DNA from: an uncultured Candidatus Saccharimonadales bacterium
GTDB taxonomy: Bacteria > Patescibacteriota > Saccharimonadia > UBA4664
Length of the DNA stretch: 64,000 nucleotides
Direction of reading: 5' to 3'
Assembly (NCBI GenBank): GCA_964467655.1
Contig: CAYXSN010000007.1
Coordinates: 682 to 64,681 of the forward strand
The translations under genes and the position numbers were made by a program. The notes beneath the pieces were generated by a model that was not told where the DNA came from, made no database searches, and was given only the letters and a program-made list of their open reading frames with translations. Shown in pieces: positions 29,504 through 39,097 of the stretch (positions are counted from its first letter, which is position 1; each line of letters opens with the position of its first letter).

Positions 29504-30274
29504 ATGGTGACAGTAAAGACAGAACCGAAATATAGGCGGCCATTAAATACAGAGCAGGTACAAATACTAGAACTGCTGTATAAGTTTCGGTTTGCGACAA
29601 TGGCAGTTGTTAAGGATTATTTTGTTGAAACTAATCCTGGCATGAATGTTTTTAGAAGGTTGGAGACGTTAGCGGACCAGGGCTTTATAGCTAAGCGCTA
29701 CTTTGACAACTACAGATTGCTGCATAAGCCGGTCGTGTACTATTTACTACCAGCCGGAGCGCGCAAGCTGAAAGAGTATCGAGACGAGGACGACACTGAC
29801 GAGATCAATATCAAGGGCATTTATCGTGATGGCGATGTCAGTGAGCAATTCGTCATGCATAGTGTGGCGGCCTTGAATCTTTACAATCGCCTCGTAGCTG
29901 AGTATGGAGATGACTTAGACTTCTTCTCTAAGGCCGATCAGGCCAGCTTTGATAACTTTCCGAAGCCCCTTCCAGATGCCTACTTAACGCTACAGGCGGA
30001 CGGCGGCGCGCAGCACTACTTTGTAGAGATATTAGATGATGACGCTCACTTGCTCGTGGATGTCTCGAAAAAGATTAAGCGTTTCATTGACTACAAAAAG
30101 AGCGGCAGTTGGGCATTGGTGGCAAGAGCACCATTTCCAAAGATTATCTTTGTTTGTGCGTCAGAAACGTTCTGTAAACGTGCACAAAAACGCTGCGAGG
30201 CCGCCCTGGATAAGGCTTGGGTTATGGACATAACGGTCGAGGCTGTAACAAGCGACCATATTACGCTGAGCTAA
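29504..30274 (+). CDS. Replication-relaxation (Replic_Relax) family protein, putative relaxase
   Basis: wHTH N-terminus (ILELLYKFRFAT...RRLETL...YYL), H(S)VA, PDAYL...FVEI...KIKRF. Confidence 0.75.
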   Translation: MVTVKTEPKYRRPLNTEQVQILELLYKFRFATMAVVKDYFVETNPGMNVFRRLETLADQGFIAKRYFDNYRLLHKPVVYYLLPAGARKLKEYRDEDDTDEINIKGIYRDGDVSEQFVMHSVAALNLYNRLVAEYGDDLDFFSKADQASFDNFPKPLPDAYLTLQADGGAQHYFVEILDDDAHLLVDVSKKIKRFIDYKKSGSWALVARAPFPKIIFVCASETFCKRAQKRCEAALDKAWVMDITVEAVTSDHITLS

Positions 30275-30369
30275 CTATTCGAACTCGCTTTTGCCAATGG
30301 CAAATGCGAGTTGTCACTTTTCTGCCAGGAAAAGTGAGTTGCAGCTACCCGATAAGGTATAATCGACAC

Positions 30370-31032
30370 ATGAATATACAAGCATCGCAAAGCGAAGACA
30401 ACGGCATAGCTCTCTTGACTGACAATGACCTTGAAATTTACAGTGTAGGCATATCAACCGGCGGAGTAGCCGAAATTCGGATGGCCGAGGCGAGCCCCTC
30501 GCGGCACATTGTGGCGACAACTGTTGACGAAGAAGGTGTTGCTTTCGCCCAGAAGTTCATAACCGAGAAACACCTAGAGCAACAGATCGAAGCCAAGATT
30601 GAGGACGTAGCTCAGCCGCTGCCGTATGAAGATGATCACTTTGACTATGTATACGCTCGCCTGGTGCTACATTATTTACCAAAAGCTGCACTCGATCAGG
30701 CGCTAGCCGAATTGCACCGCGTACTCAAGCCAGGCGGTAAGCTGTTTGTAGTAGTACGCTCGGTGAATTGCCCGGATGCCAAAGACCCCAGCGCTACCTA
30801 TGATCCAGAAACAGGCCTCACGACTTGCGTGCACACCGATCAGCAAACTGGCAAGACGCACAACTCCGTCCGCTACTTTCACTCAGAAGAGTCTATCAGG
30901 GAGCATGTTACAAAGGCTGGCTTTACCGTTCAGTACACAAAATCATACGATGAGCGGCTATTTACTGATTTCATGCGTACCAAGCTCGCTCCACATGACG
31001 ATAACGTCGTAGAACTGCTGGCTACCAAATGA
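30370..31032 (+). CDS. SAM-dependent methyltransferase
   Basis: PLPYEDDHFDYVYARLVLHY...LHRVLKPGG. Confidence 0.85.
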   Translation: MNIQASQSEDNGIALLTDNDLEIYSVGISTGGVAEIRMAEASPSRHIVATTVDEEGVAFAQKFITEKHLEQQIEAKIEDVAQPLPYEDDHFDYVYARLVLHYLPKAALDQALAELHRVLKPGGKLFVVVRSVNCPDAKDPSATYDPETGLTTCVHTDQQTGKTHNSVRYFHSEESIREHVTKAGFTVQYTKSYDERLFTDFMRTKLAPHDDNVVELLATK

Positions 31033-31472
31033 GCAGCGAAGACGTATTCCACCTCGGCATAAAAGCACTCATTCGCAATCAACAAGGTAAAGTGCTGCTG
31101 ATGCAGGTCAACCCAGCTAAGCTGCATGGTGAGCGTCGGGAATATTGGGATTTACCGGGTGGTCGTATCCAAAAAGGCGATTCCGTTGAAGATACGCTCA
31201 GGCGTGAAGTGGTGGAAGAAACAGGGCTAGCAGAAATCGCCAACATTCAACCCGTGAGCATGGTATTGTCCAATATCCGTATCCCAATGGGCAACAACGA
31301 GTCGGTGGGGCTTATTCTGAGTGTGTACGCCTGTACCATACCGGATGATGCGACAATAACGCTCTCCGATGAGCATATTGCCTATGACTGGTTTACGCCA
31401 GATAAAGCTGCTGAGTTGCTGCGGGTGAAGTACCCGGATGGATTTTGTAACGCTATCGGAGAACTAGCATGA
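31029..31472 (+). CDS. NUDIX hydrolase
   Basis: PGGRIQKGDSVEDTLRREVVEETGL Nudix box. Confidence 0.92.
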   Translation: MSSEDVFHLGIKALIRNQQGKVLLMQVNPAKLHGERREYWDLPGGRIQKGDSVEDTLRREVVEETGLAEIANIQPVSMVLSNIRIPMGNNESVGLILSVYACTIPDDATITLSDEHIAYDWFTPDKAAELLRVKYPDGFCNAIGELA

Positions 31473-32065
31473 TCAAATACGTCCTACAATCCGGTGGCAT
31501 CCGCAACCAGCCAACCCTAAAAAAGCAGTTTCACCAAGAGCTAGTGAAGGGCCTGGGCAACAACCCTAAATTCCTACTGTGCAACTTTGCCCAAGGTCGC
31601 GAATACTGGGAGGTAAAGTTTTCTGGTTATTCAAATGCCATAGCCGAAGATATGTCAGAAGGTGTCACGCCTACCTTTGAATTGGCAATGCCTGACACAT
31701 TCGTTGAGCAGTGCAAAGCAGCAGACGTTATTTACTGTCACGGCGGCGATAACGACCTCGTGCAGTATTGGATGCGCAAGTTTGACGTTCCAGTCATATT
31801 TGATGGTAAAGTGCTGGCCACAAACTCAGCCAGTTCCATGATGCTCGCCAGCAGCTACTGGACATGTGACTGGCGGGCTTGCCGTGACGGTTTTGGCATC
31901 CTGCCCATAAAGTTTATCGCCCACTACCAGTCAGCCTATAGCGCCGATGATCCGCGCGGCCCGATTGACTGGCAAAAAGCGTACGACGAGCTGGCGGCAT
32001 ACGGCGATACCAGCCTGTCAATCCATGCGCTCAAAGAGGGCGAGTATATTGTCTTCGAGAAATAG
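31469..32065 (+). CDS. Peptidase E / class I glutamine amidotransferase-like protein
   Basis: ADVIYCHGGD, TNSASS, FIAHY. Confidence 0.7.
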   Translation: MIKYVLQSGGIRNQPTLKKQFHQELVKGLGNNPKFLLCNFAQGREYWEVKFSGYSNAIAEDMSEGVTPTFELAMPDTFVEQCKAADVIYCHGGDNDLVQYWMRKFDVPVIFDGKVLATNSASSMMLASSYWTCDWRACRDGFGILPIKFIAHYQSAYSADDPRGPIDWQKAYDELAAYGDTSLSIHALKEGEYIVFEK

Positions 32066-32075
32066 AGGAGCCCAT

Positions 32076-32690
32076 ATGAAACAGCCGACTACTTATCAAG
32101 CAGCTCCCAATGACTCTCGCTATATACCGTTCACTCAGCAAGATTGGTGCTGCGTACCAACCAGTATCCAGATGATCATGTACCGTCACGGCATCCCTTT
32201 GGTGCCAGCCGAGGAAATTGGCTATCACCTGGGGCTAACCGTGCCACCAGATCAGGCCGACCTCTTTTATAACGTTCGAACCTCCGAAAAACCACCGACC
32301 ACCGCCGGCTATGGCACGCAAATATCCAACCCTGACTACACTCCAAACAAAATGTTTGAAAAGCTTGGGATTCCGCTGGAGTTCAGTATCAAGCTCGCTA
32401 GTGAGTTCGCTGACAAGGAAGCGCTCTTGACGGAGCTGAAAGCAATTGAAGCGGAAGATAGCGATGCACTCCTGTGCTTTAATCATGGTGTTATCCGGGG
32501 CGAGTACCAGCCAAACTCTGGGCATGTGGTCGTGTTTGACCGAGTTGTTGATGGCAAAGTCCGCATCGTTGACGCTAGCTGGAAACAACCGAAGTGGCGG
32601 TTTGTCGAGCTTGGTTTGCTTTTTGAGGCAATCAAACGGCACGACAATGAAAATTCTGGTGGCGTTTGGCATTTTGAGAAGCGGGGATAG
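32076..32690 (+). CDS. Papain-like (C39-type) cysteine peptidase
   Basis: QQDWCCVPTSIQM, GHVVV, IVDAS. Confidence 0.65.
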   Translation: MKQPTTYQAAPNDSRYIPFTQQDWCCVPTSIQMIMYRHGIPLVPAEEIGYHLGLTVPPDQADLFYNVRTSEKPPTTAGYGTQISNPDYTPNKMFEKLGIPLEFSIKLASEFADKEALLTELKAIEAEDSDALLCFNHGVIRGEYQPNSGHVVVFDRVVDGKVRIVDASWKQPKWRFVELGLLFEAIKRHDNENSGGVWHFEKRG

Positions 32691-32696
32691 ATCAGC

Positions 32697-33248
32697 ATGG
32701 CAAAACGAGCTGTCATCATCCACGCGTGGGGCGAGAACCCAACCTCGTGCTGGTACCCCCGGCTCAAACAAGAGCTTGAGCAACGAGGGATAGAGGTGCG
32801 GGTACCCGCCATGCCCGAAACAGACGCACCTAAGATCGAGTCGTGGCTAGCAACGCTCCGGGAGATATTGCCCAACCCCGACCAAGATACGATACTCATC
32901 GGGCACAGCATTGGCTGCCAGACTATCCTGCGCTATCTGGCCGAACTGCCCGCGGGTCAAACTGTTGGCCAAGCGATTTTCGTTGCACCATGGACACATC
33001 TCACCGGCTTGAGCCCGGCCTCGCAAGAAATCGCCAAGCCCTGGTTAGGAACGCCCTTGGACTGGACTGCTGCCCGTGCCCGCTGCCCTAAGTTCACCGC
33101 CCTCTTCTCTGACGATGACGAATGGGTACCCGTCTCAGAGGAACAAATCTTCCAAGAGAGACTGAACGCACAGACAAAGCTGCTCCACAAGATGGGGCAC
33201 TTTGATGCCATTACTGAATTACCCCAGGTACTGGAGCTATTACCTTGA
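32697..33248 (+). CDS. RBBP9/YdeN alpha/beta hydrolase
   Basis: IIHAWG, GHSIG, SDDDEWVP, GHF. Confidence 0.88.
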   Translation: MAKRAVIIHAWGENPTSCWYPRLKQELEQRGIEVRVPAMPETDAPKIESWLATLREILPNPDQDTILIGHSIGCQTILRYLAELPAGQTVGQAIFVAPWTHLTGLSPASQEIAKPWLGTPLDWTAARARCPKFTALFSDDDEWVPVSEEQIFQERLNAQTKLLHKMGHFDAITELPQVLELLP

Positions 33249-34642
33249 GCCCACACAAAACTGCACGGCAAAAAAGAAACAACATTGTAATAATCGGTGG
33301 CGGCATGGCCGGTACCGCCGCAGCCTACACACTCAAGAATGCAGGCTATAAGGTAACCATCCTGGAGCGGAGTGACCGGCTGGGTGGCCGCATGCATAGC
33401 GAAGTTGTCGACGGCGTGTCGCTGGAAATGGGCTCGGGCTTCATCTCTCGGGTTTACACAAACGTGCTTGATTTTTTGCGCACAAACAAACTTGACGATA
33501 AACTTTTCCAGCAATCCGGCCGTTCTGGCATGATGCGGAGCGGTTCAATACATATGATCGGGCCTAAAGAGCTTGCCGGAACCAAGGTTTTATCCTGGCG
33601 TGCCAAATGGCCGCTCATAGGGCTCCTAGCCGAAACTATACGGCGTAAGGCAAGGCTTGATCTGCACAAACTGTGGTTGGCAGATATCTACGACAAGCGC
33701 TCGGTTGCTAGCAAATACACAACCCCAGGGCGCAAGGAATTTATGGAATATGTATTACAACCGGTTCTCAATGCATACTTCTATTGGATGCCAGAGCACA
33801 CCAGCGAAGCTGTAATGAGTATTCTGGTAAATGCTGCCCTGCAAAAGGGTGGGACATTCAAGTTCAGAGGTGGGCTGACCAGAATCCCAGAATTTGCAGC
33901 CAAAGATTGTGCAGTCCAGCTAAACTGCGAGGTCAAGAGCGTCACTCGGCAAAACAATGGCCAGTTTGAGATCACCGCGCTGCAAAACAAGCGAGAAATC
34001 ACCTTTGCTGCCGATGGGCTTGTTTGCGCCACCACTGCCACTGTAGTCCCCAAGATTATTACCCATTTGAGCAAGCAACAAAGGGAGTTCTTCGCGGCAA
34101 TCGATTATTCGGCAACAGTAGTCATGGCTCAGTCATACAAAACGAAAGATACACATGAGGCCAAAGCCGTCGCCTTCCCACGCCTGGAAGACAATGATCT
34201 GGCAGCTATCACTCTGTCGCCAGAGCAAGACATTGCCAGTAAGGAGTTCAAGGTCAGTGGCCTCAAGATGTATGCCTCAGGCGCAATTGGTAAACATCTC
34301 GCGCAAAAGTCAGATGAGCAGATCATCCACTTTTTCGAGCGAAAACTTGCGCCTGCGCGCGATCAGTTTCTGCGCGAGGGTGCAACACCGCTGTCAACTC
34401 GTATTCAGCGCTGGCCAGAGGTGATCCCGCACTTCGACGTTGGGCATCTTGCGCGCCTGCGCGCCTTTCACGATGGCGCCATAGAGAACAACACGGTTCC
34501 CCTGGTATTTGCTGGGGATTACATCGGTGCGCCATACATCGAGGGCGCGTTTACGAGTGGGGTTGCAGCCGCTAACCGGCTTGTTGACCGTTTGGCGATT
34601 CAAAGAAGCGGGCCGGACAATAGAGCCACACTAAAGAACTAG
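33245..34642 (+). CDS. FAD-dependent oxidoreductase (protoporphyrinogen/amine oxidase-like)
   Basis: IIGGGMAG, ERSDRLGGR, FAGDY...IEGAFTSG. Confidence 0.85.
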   Translation: MSPHKTARQKRNNIVIIGGGMAGTAAAYTLKNAGYKVTILERSDRLGGRMHSEVVDGVSLEMGSGFISRVYTNVLDFLRTNKLDDKLFQQSGRSGMMRSGSIHMIGPKELAGTKVLSWRAKWPLIGLLAETIRRKARLDLHKLWLADIYDKRSVASKYTTPGRKEFMEYVLQPVLNAYFYWMPEHTSEAVMSILVNAALQKGGTFKFRGGLTRIPEFAAKDCAVQLNCEVKSVTRQNNGQFEITALQNKREITFAADGLVCATTATVVPKIITHLSKQQREFFAAIDYSATVVMAQSYKTKDTHEAKAVAFPRLEDNDLAAITLSPEQDIASKEFKVSGLKMYASGAIGKHLAQKSDEQIIHFFERKLAPARDQFLREGATPLSTRIQRWPEVIPHFDVGHLARLRAFHDGAIENNTVPLVFAGDYIGAPYIEGAFTSGVAAANRLVDRLAIQRSGPDNRATLKN

Positions 34643-34651
34643 ATTTGAAGA

Positions 34652-35035
34652 GTGATGAAAACGATAGTACTTACCACTAACTCAGAACTATGGGCCCAAG
34701 CTCAAAAATCAGGACAATACACCCAGTCTACAATTGATTCTACACTGGCGGATGTCGGCTTCATTCATGCCACTTTCCCCGATCAGACTATAGCAATGGT
34801 TAACCGCAAGTACGCTGATCAAGATGGGCTCATTTTACTACTGGTTGATCGAGACAAACTGACCTCGCCGGTCAAGGAAGAAGGTTCACTCAGCGGCAAA
34901 GGTGGCCTGTATCCTCATATTTATGGCCCGGTCAATCTTGATGCGGTATACAAAGTGCTGCCGCTCGACAAAGGAGTAGATAGTCACTACATAGAGCCAG
35001 ATGGATTACGGGGTCTATCGAAGGAGCAACCATGA
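34652..35035 (+). CDS. DUF952 family protein
   Basis: GFIHAT, YPHIYGPVNLDAV. Confidence 0.8.
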   Translation: MMKTIVLTTNSELWAQAQKSGQYTQSTIDSTLADVGFIHATFPDQTIAMVNRKYADQDGLILLLVDRDKLTSPVKEEGSLSGKGGLYPHIYGPVNLDAVYKVLPLDKGVDSHYIEPDGLRGLSKEQP

Positions 35036-35643
35036 CCCCATACGTCGAAGACACCTACGCTAAGATTGCTCAAGCCTACACCGATGAATTCTTTGACGAC
35101 AAAGCTGACCTGCCATTTGTAGATAAGCTCGTGAGTGTTCTGTCGCAGGGTGCGAGAATACTCGATATTGGCAGCGGCCCCGGTCAGTTCTCAAAATACC
35201 TCACAGAAAAAGGTTTTAAGGTCGAGGGCATTGACGTCTCTGACGAAATGTTAGTTATCGCCCGGTCGAAAGTTCCCGAGGTAGGGTTTGCGAAGATGGA
35301 TATGCGAAAGCTAGAATTTGCAGATCACGCATTCGATGGCATTTTGGCCGCGTATTCCATTATCCATATACCGACGCCAGAGTTGCCGGGTGTACTGGCC
35401 GAGATGAAGCGTGTGCTCAAGCCCGGAGGCTATGCGCTGTTCATCGTGCAGGAAGGCGAAGCCGATCAGGTTGTTGATGAACCACTGGCCGAGGGTGAGA
35501 AAGTATTTATGAACTTTTTTAGCACGGGGCGCTTGAATGACTTGTTGACATCTGCTGGCTTGAAGATCATCGAGCAGCGCATAGGCGAGCAAACCAGCGA
35601 AGAAGTACTGAGCAGCAAGGTCATATTCACCCTAGCCAGCTAG
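35032..35643 (+). CDS. SAM-dependent methyltransferase
   Basis: ILDIGSGPG, GIDVS, RVLKPGG. Confidence 0.88.
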   Translation: MTPYVEDTYAKIAQAYTDEFFDDKADLPFVDKLVSVLSQGARILDIGSGPGQFSKYLTEKGFKVEGIDVSDEMLVIARSKVPEVGFAKMDMRKLEFADHAFDGILAAYSIIHIPTPELPGVLAEMKRVLKPGGYALFIVQEGEADQVVDEPLAEGEKVFMNFFSTGRLNDLLTSAGLKIIEQRIGEQTSEEVLSSKVIFTLAS

Positions 35644-38555
35644 ACATCAACCTTATGCCAGGCCATATTCTCCTCATCCCACCCCACTGTCCCACGATGC
35701 AGTTTCTTGAAGGCGTCACGAACCTTCTTGCTGATTGAGGGGTTGCCAAATTCAGTCTGCTCGATGCAACCGCCGCCAAAGTTGTCGTTGAGGTGGTGGG
35801 CTGCCGCTTCTTGCTTGAGCGAACCGGCCTGATTAATCTCGTCCATCATCCACTGAGCGGCCTTTTGGTGGATGGTTCTCGTTCGTTTACGTTTCATTCT
35901 ATCCTGCTTGGGTGGTCTGTCGGCTGTGCTTGCAGGGCTGGCCTTGGCGGCGGGTTTTTGTTGTGGCTGAGGCTTTTCCTGCTCAGGTTTCGGCTCCGGT
36001 GCAACATACTTAGTTGTGTACTTTTCCCTCGAAGACTGAATAACCCTTTCGGCTATTTCATCGCTGCCAGAATTATCAAGCAGCAACGTCTCGCCTGATA
36101 GCGGTTCCTGCGATCTAATGGCCGAGGCTCGCATGTAGAAGTTGTAGGGCGACAGGTTAGCAATATGGCCCTCCTGGAGATATGGGCTGAATAGGGGCAG
36201 CAAAAGTTGCTCATCGGCCGGGTTGCCGGTGCGGAAGCAAATGACAGTGCCAACGTTTGCCAAGATGATATTGACCATCTTTTGGTCGTCTTGCTGTGAC
36301 GTTGACTGTTCGGCCATTGTTAGGAATAGTTTGTACTTGCGGGATTCGGATAGCATCTGCACAAATGACTGCGTGGCGAAGTTTTGGAACTCGTCCACGT
36401 ACAGGTAAAACGGTTTGCGTTCAGCTTCTTTGATCCGGGCACGGCGTAGAGCGGCCATCTGGATTCTAGCTAACACGGCGATGCCGAATAACTCTGATGT
36501 ATCCTCACCGAGCAAGCCTTTCGAGAAGTTGCAAATTAGGATTCTTCCGTCCAGGATGTCGTCGAAGTTGATGGTTGAGTGTGGCTGCTCCAAGACCCGC
36601 TTAGCAGATGCCGAGAACAGGAACCGTCCAATCTTAGCGGTTATACCGGCGACCATTTTGACTTGTTGGAACCCACCGGCCTTGCCAAGCTCGTTCTTCC
36701 AGAAATTTTGCAGGTCTTCGTTTTCGAGTGTAGCTACGACGGTTTTGCAGTAATCGGGGTCGTTGAGGAGATTATAAACGGTGAACAGTGTTGCGTCTTT
36801 GACGGTAAGCGCCGTCTGGATCGCATTACGCAGCACATACTCAATACGGTGGCCGCCCGTGTCATCCTCGGAAAATATCTTGCGGAACATCGAGACGACG
36901 GACTCGGTAACGATATCCTTCTCGCGGATAAGTTCGTCCCCCTCAAGCCCTGGCGTCAGCTCCAGCACGTTTAGGCCGACATTGTAAGCTAGGTCGTCAG
37001 GATTAAAGTAAATAACATCATCTATGCGATTCTCCGGGATACGCATTAACAACTCCTGGGCCAAATCGCCGTGCGGGTCAATGACGCCAAAGCCTTTGCC
37101 GCTCTGTATATCTTGCACGGCGGCGTATTTAATCAAGGTGGTTTTGCCTGCGCCGGTTCCGCCAACGATGAACGCATGCCGTTCGCGCTCAGCCTCAATC
37201 AGACCGATAGGCATGGTGCTACCCTGGTGGTTGTTCTTGCCGAGAATGACATCAAAATCATGAGCATCGGCGTGGTTCTTTATGGCTAACGGTGCGGCTA
37301 GGGTTCGGCTGAGTGACTTAACCACATCGGCATTGTAGTTGGTCTCGCTATTGGGGAAGTGATAAATACTCGCAACCTCGGCGGCAGACAGTAGGCTGGC
37401 GTATTTGTTGAAAACGCCCGGTAGCCGGTGCTCAAACATAAACAAGCGATACTTGTGACGGACGCCATAGGGGAAGTTCAGCCTGCTTACGATGGCCTGG
37501 TATTTTGTCTTGTAGACATTAAACGACTTTCGTATGTCATTTGCCCTGGCGAGGCTGACACGGTCGTTATCGGCCACCACTAGCGCACGAATATTGGTGC
37601 GGTACAGATTGCTATTGAGCTTTTCGCTAACCTGCATCGCCAGCGTATTTTCCAGCGATCCCATCATGCGGGCGGGCTTAATCCCTTGTGCTACCTGGTG
37701 ATGGTGCTGCATCGTGGTGTGATGGGTCTGCTTGCTGTAGTTTGATGGCCCGTGGTGAATCTCGCCCACGGTGTCAATCATCGAGAACATAGCCGAGTTG
37801 ATACCCTGGACAAGCAAGCCACCCAGTGATCGGCGCTGTTTTTTGCCAAGCGCATCCAGGTGTTCCTTATTGTGCAACAGCCGGTTGCTGATCTTATCGG
37901 CACTACGTACTTTAGTTGGCGACAAGATAAGCTGAAGCACCATAACTTCGCCGGGCTTAAGGTTAGCCATCGTACCCAGTAGATAGTCGACGGGGTCGCT
38001 CTGGTCATATGCTTGCTGGTCTTTTAGCGGGTAGTAACGCTCCTTCAGATGCAGCTCTAGTAACTGGGCACGCAACCGCTGCGTTTTGGTAAGGTAATCA
38101 TCAACCTCTTTGACCCGAATATTGCTGTCGAATGACGCAATATCATGCACAAAGCTTTCGCGGCGCTCCTTGGGGACGCAGAAAATAAACCGTATTCCCT
38201 GTTCGCGTATACCAACTATTTCAGCCGCAAAGGCCGACTTGTGCTGCAAGACTTTATCGCTGATGGTGCGTATCGTCTCAAAGCCGTGCAAATCGGAAAA
38301 GAATAGCTGAGTTGCTTGCGGTGACTTGTCGGCAAAGGCGGGCGGCGTTAATTCTAGAAAGACCGTATCTCTGCCAAGCAGACGGCGGAGATCAAATAAC
38401 CGTAGGGCTACGATAACAATTAACTTAACCAGGAAAAATGCCGCAACCGCCAGAACTATGCCGAGCCCGATCTTTGGTAGCGAATCGACGAGCGTGTTCA
38501 AGAAATGCATGAAGCTGTTGAATTGTTCCTGAGTAGGAAAGTCTGTTTCCATCAC
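35640..38555 (-). CDS. virD4: Type IV secretion coupling protein (VirD4/TraD-like) with extra C-terminal domain
   Basis: HAFIVGGTGAGKT, IDPHGDL, LYVDEFQNF, SESRKY. Confidence 0.85.
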   Translation of the reverse strand: MMETDFPTQEQFNSFMHFLNTLVDSLPKIGLGIVLAVAAFFLVKLIVIVALRLFDLRRLLGRDTVFLELTPPAFADKSPQATQLFFSDLHGFETIRTISDKVLQHKSAFAAEIVGIREQGIRFIFCVPKERRESFVHDIASFDSNIRVKEVDDYLTKTQRLRAQLLELHLKERYYPLKDQQAYDQSDPVDYLLGTMANLKPGEVMVLQLILSPTKVRSADKISNRLLHNKEHLDALGKKQRRSLGGLLVQGINSAMFSMIDTVGEIHHGPSNYSKQTHHTTMQHHHQVAQGIKPARMMGSLENTLAMQVSEKLNSNLYRTNIRALVVADNDRVSLARANDIRKSFNVYKTKYQAIVSRLNFPYGVRHKYRLFMFEHRLPGVFNKYASLLSAAEVASIYHFPNSETNYNADVVKSLSRTLAAPLAIKNHADAHDFDVILGKNNHQGSTMPIGLIEAERERHAFIVGGTGAGKTTLIKYAAVQDIQSGKGFGVIDPHGDLAQELLMRIPENRIDDVIYFNPDDLAYNVGLNVLELTPGLEGDELIREKDIVTESVVSMFRKIFSEDDTGGHRIEYVLRNAIQTALTVKDATLFTVYNLLNDPDYCKTVVATLENEDLQNFWKNELGKAGGFQQVKMVAGITAKIGRFLFSASAKRVLEQPHSTINFDDILDGRILICNFSKGLLGEDTSELFGIAVLARIQMAALRRARIKEAERKPFYLYVDEFQNFATQSFVQMLSESRKYKLFLTMAEQSTSQQDDQKMVNIILANVGTVICFRTGNPADEQLLLPLFSPYLQEGHIANLSPYNFYMRASAIRSQEPLSGETLLLDNSGSDEIAERVIQSSREKYTTKYVAPEPKPEQEKPQPQQKPAAKASPASTADRPPKQDRMKRKRTRTIHQKAAQWMMDEINQAGSLKQEAAAHHLNDNFGGGCIEQTEFGNPSISKKVRDAFKKLHRGTVGWDEENMAWHKVDV

Positions 38556-39097
38556 GGCTCCTTGTCATGGATAAAGTTATAGTCAAGCGCGTCAGCGGCG
38601 GTGAATGATCGAGTACTTACTACATCAAGCCCTTTGACGTTCATCTCCGAGATTGTCCAGGCTTTGGTAGCTGGATCAACGGCCGTCACGTAAGCTACAT
38701 GTCCTAATCCATGAGCTGAGTTAGCGGTCTGCATGATCGCGCCAACCGCCGGTATCTGGTCAACTGCATAGCCTTGCAACTTGGCATAGTAAGCCCAGGT
38801 GGCTGCATCGCCCCACGTATTAGGAATAGGGTCGCCCGCATTTTGCCGCTGAATAAACACCCAATATGTACAGTTGCCCCAGGCGTAGGTGTTGTCTGCG
38901 GATGAGGAGCCCGTATATAGCACGTCATCACCGGAATCTCCGGCGGTTACGCCACTTTTGAACAAATCGTCCATGTTCGTGATTGAGGCCACGGCCGCAG
39001 CAGGCAGTATCATAGCAACAATAAGCGTGCCAAGAATAACACCAGCCTCTATCTTGAACGAAACGAGCCTTTTACCGCGGCGCAGCAACGATATCAT
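38552..39097 (-). CDS. CHAP-domain peptidoglycan hydrolase
   Basis: YAWGNCTYW, WGDA, GHVAYV, ISEMN. Confidence 0.9.
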   Translation of the reverse strand: MISLLRRGKRLVSFKIEAGVILGTLIVAMILPAAAVASITNMDDLFKSGVTAGDSGDDVLYTGSSSADNTYAWGNCTYWVFIQRQNAGDPIPNTWGDAATWAYYAKLQGYAVDQIPAVGAIMQTANSAHGLGHVAYVTAVDPATKAWTISEMNVKGLDVVSTRSFTAADALDYNFIHDKEP

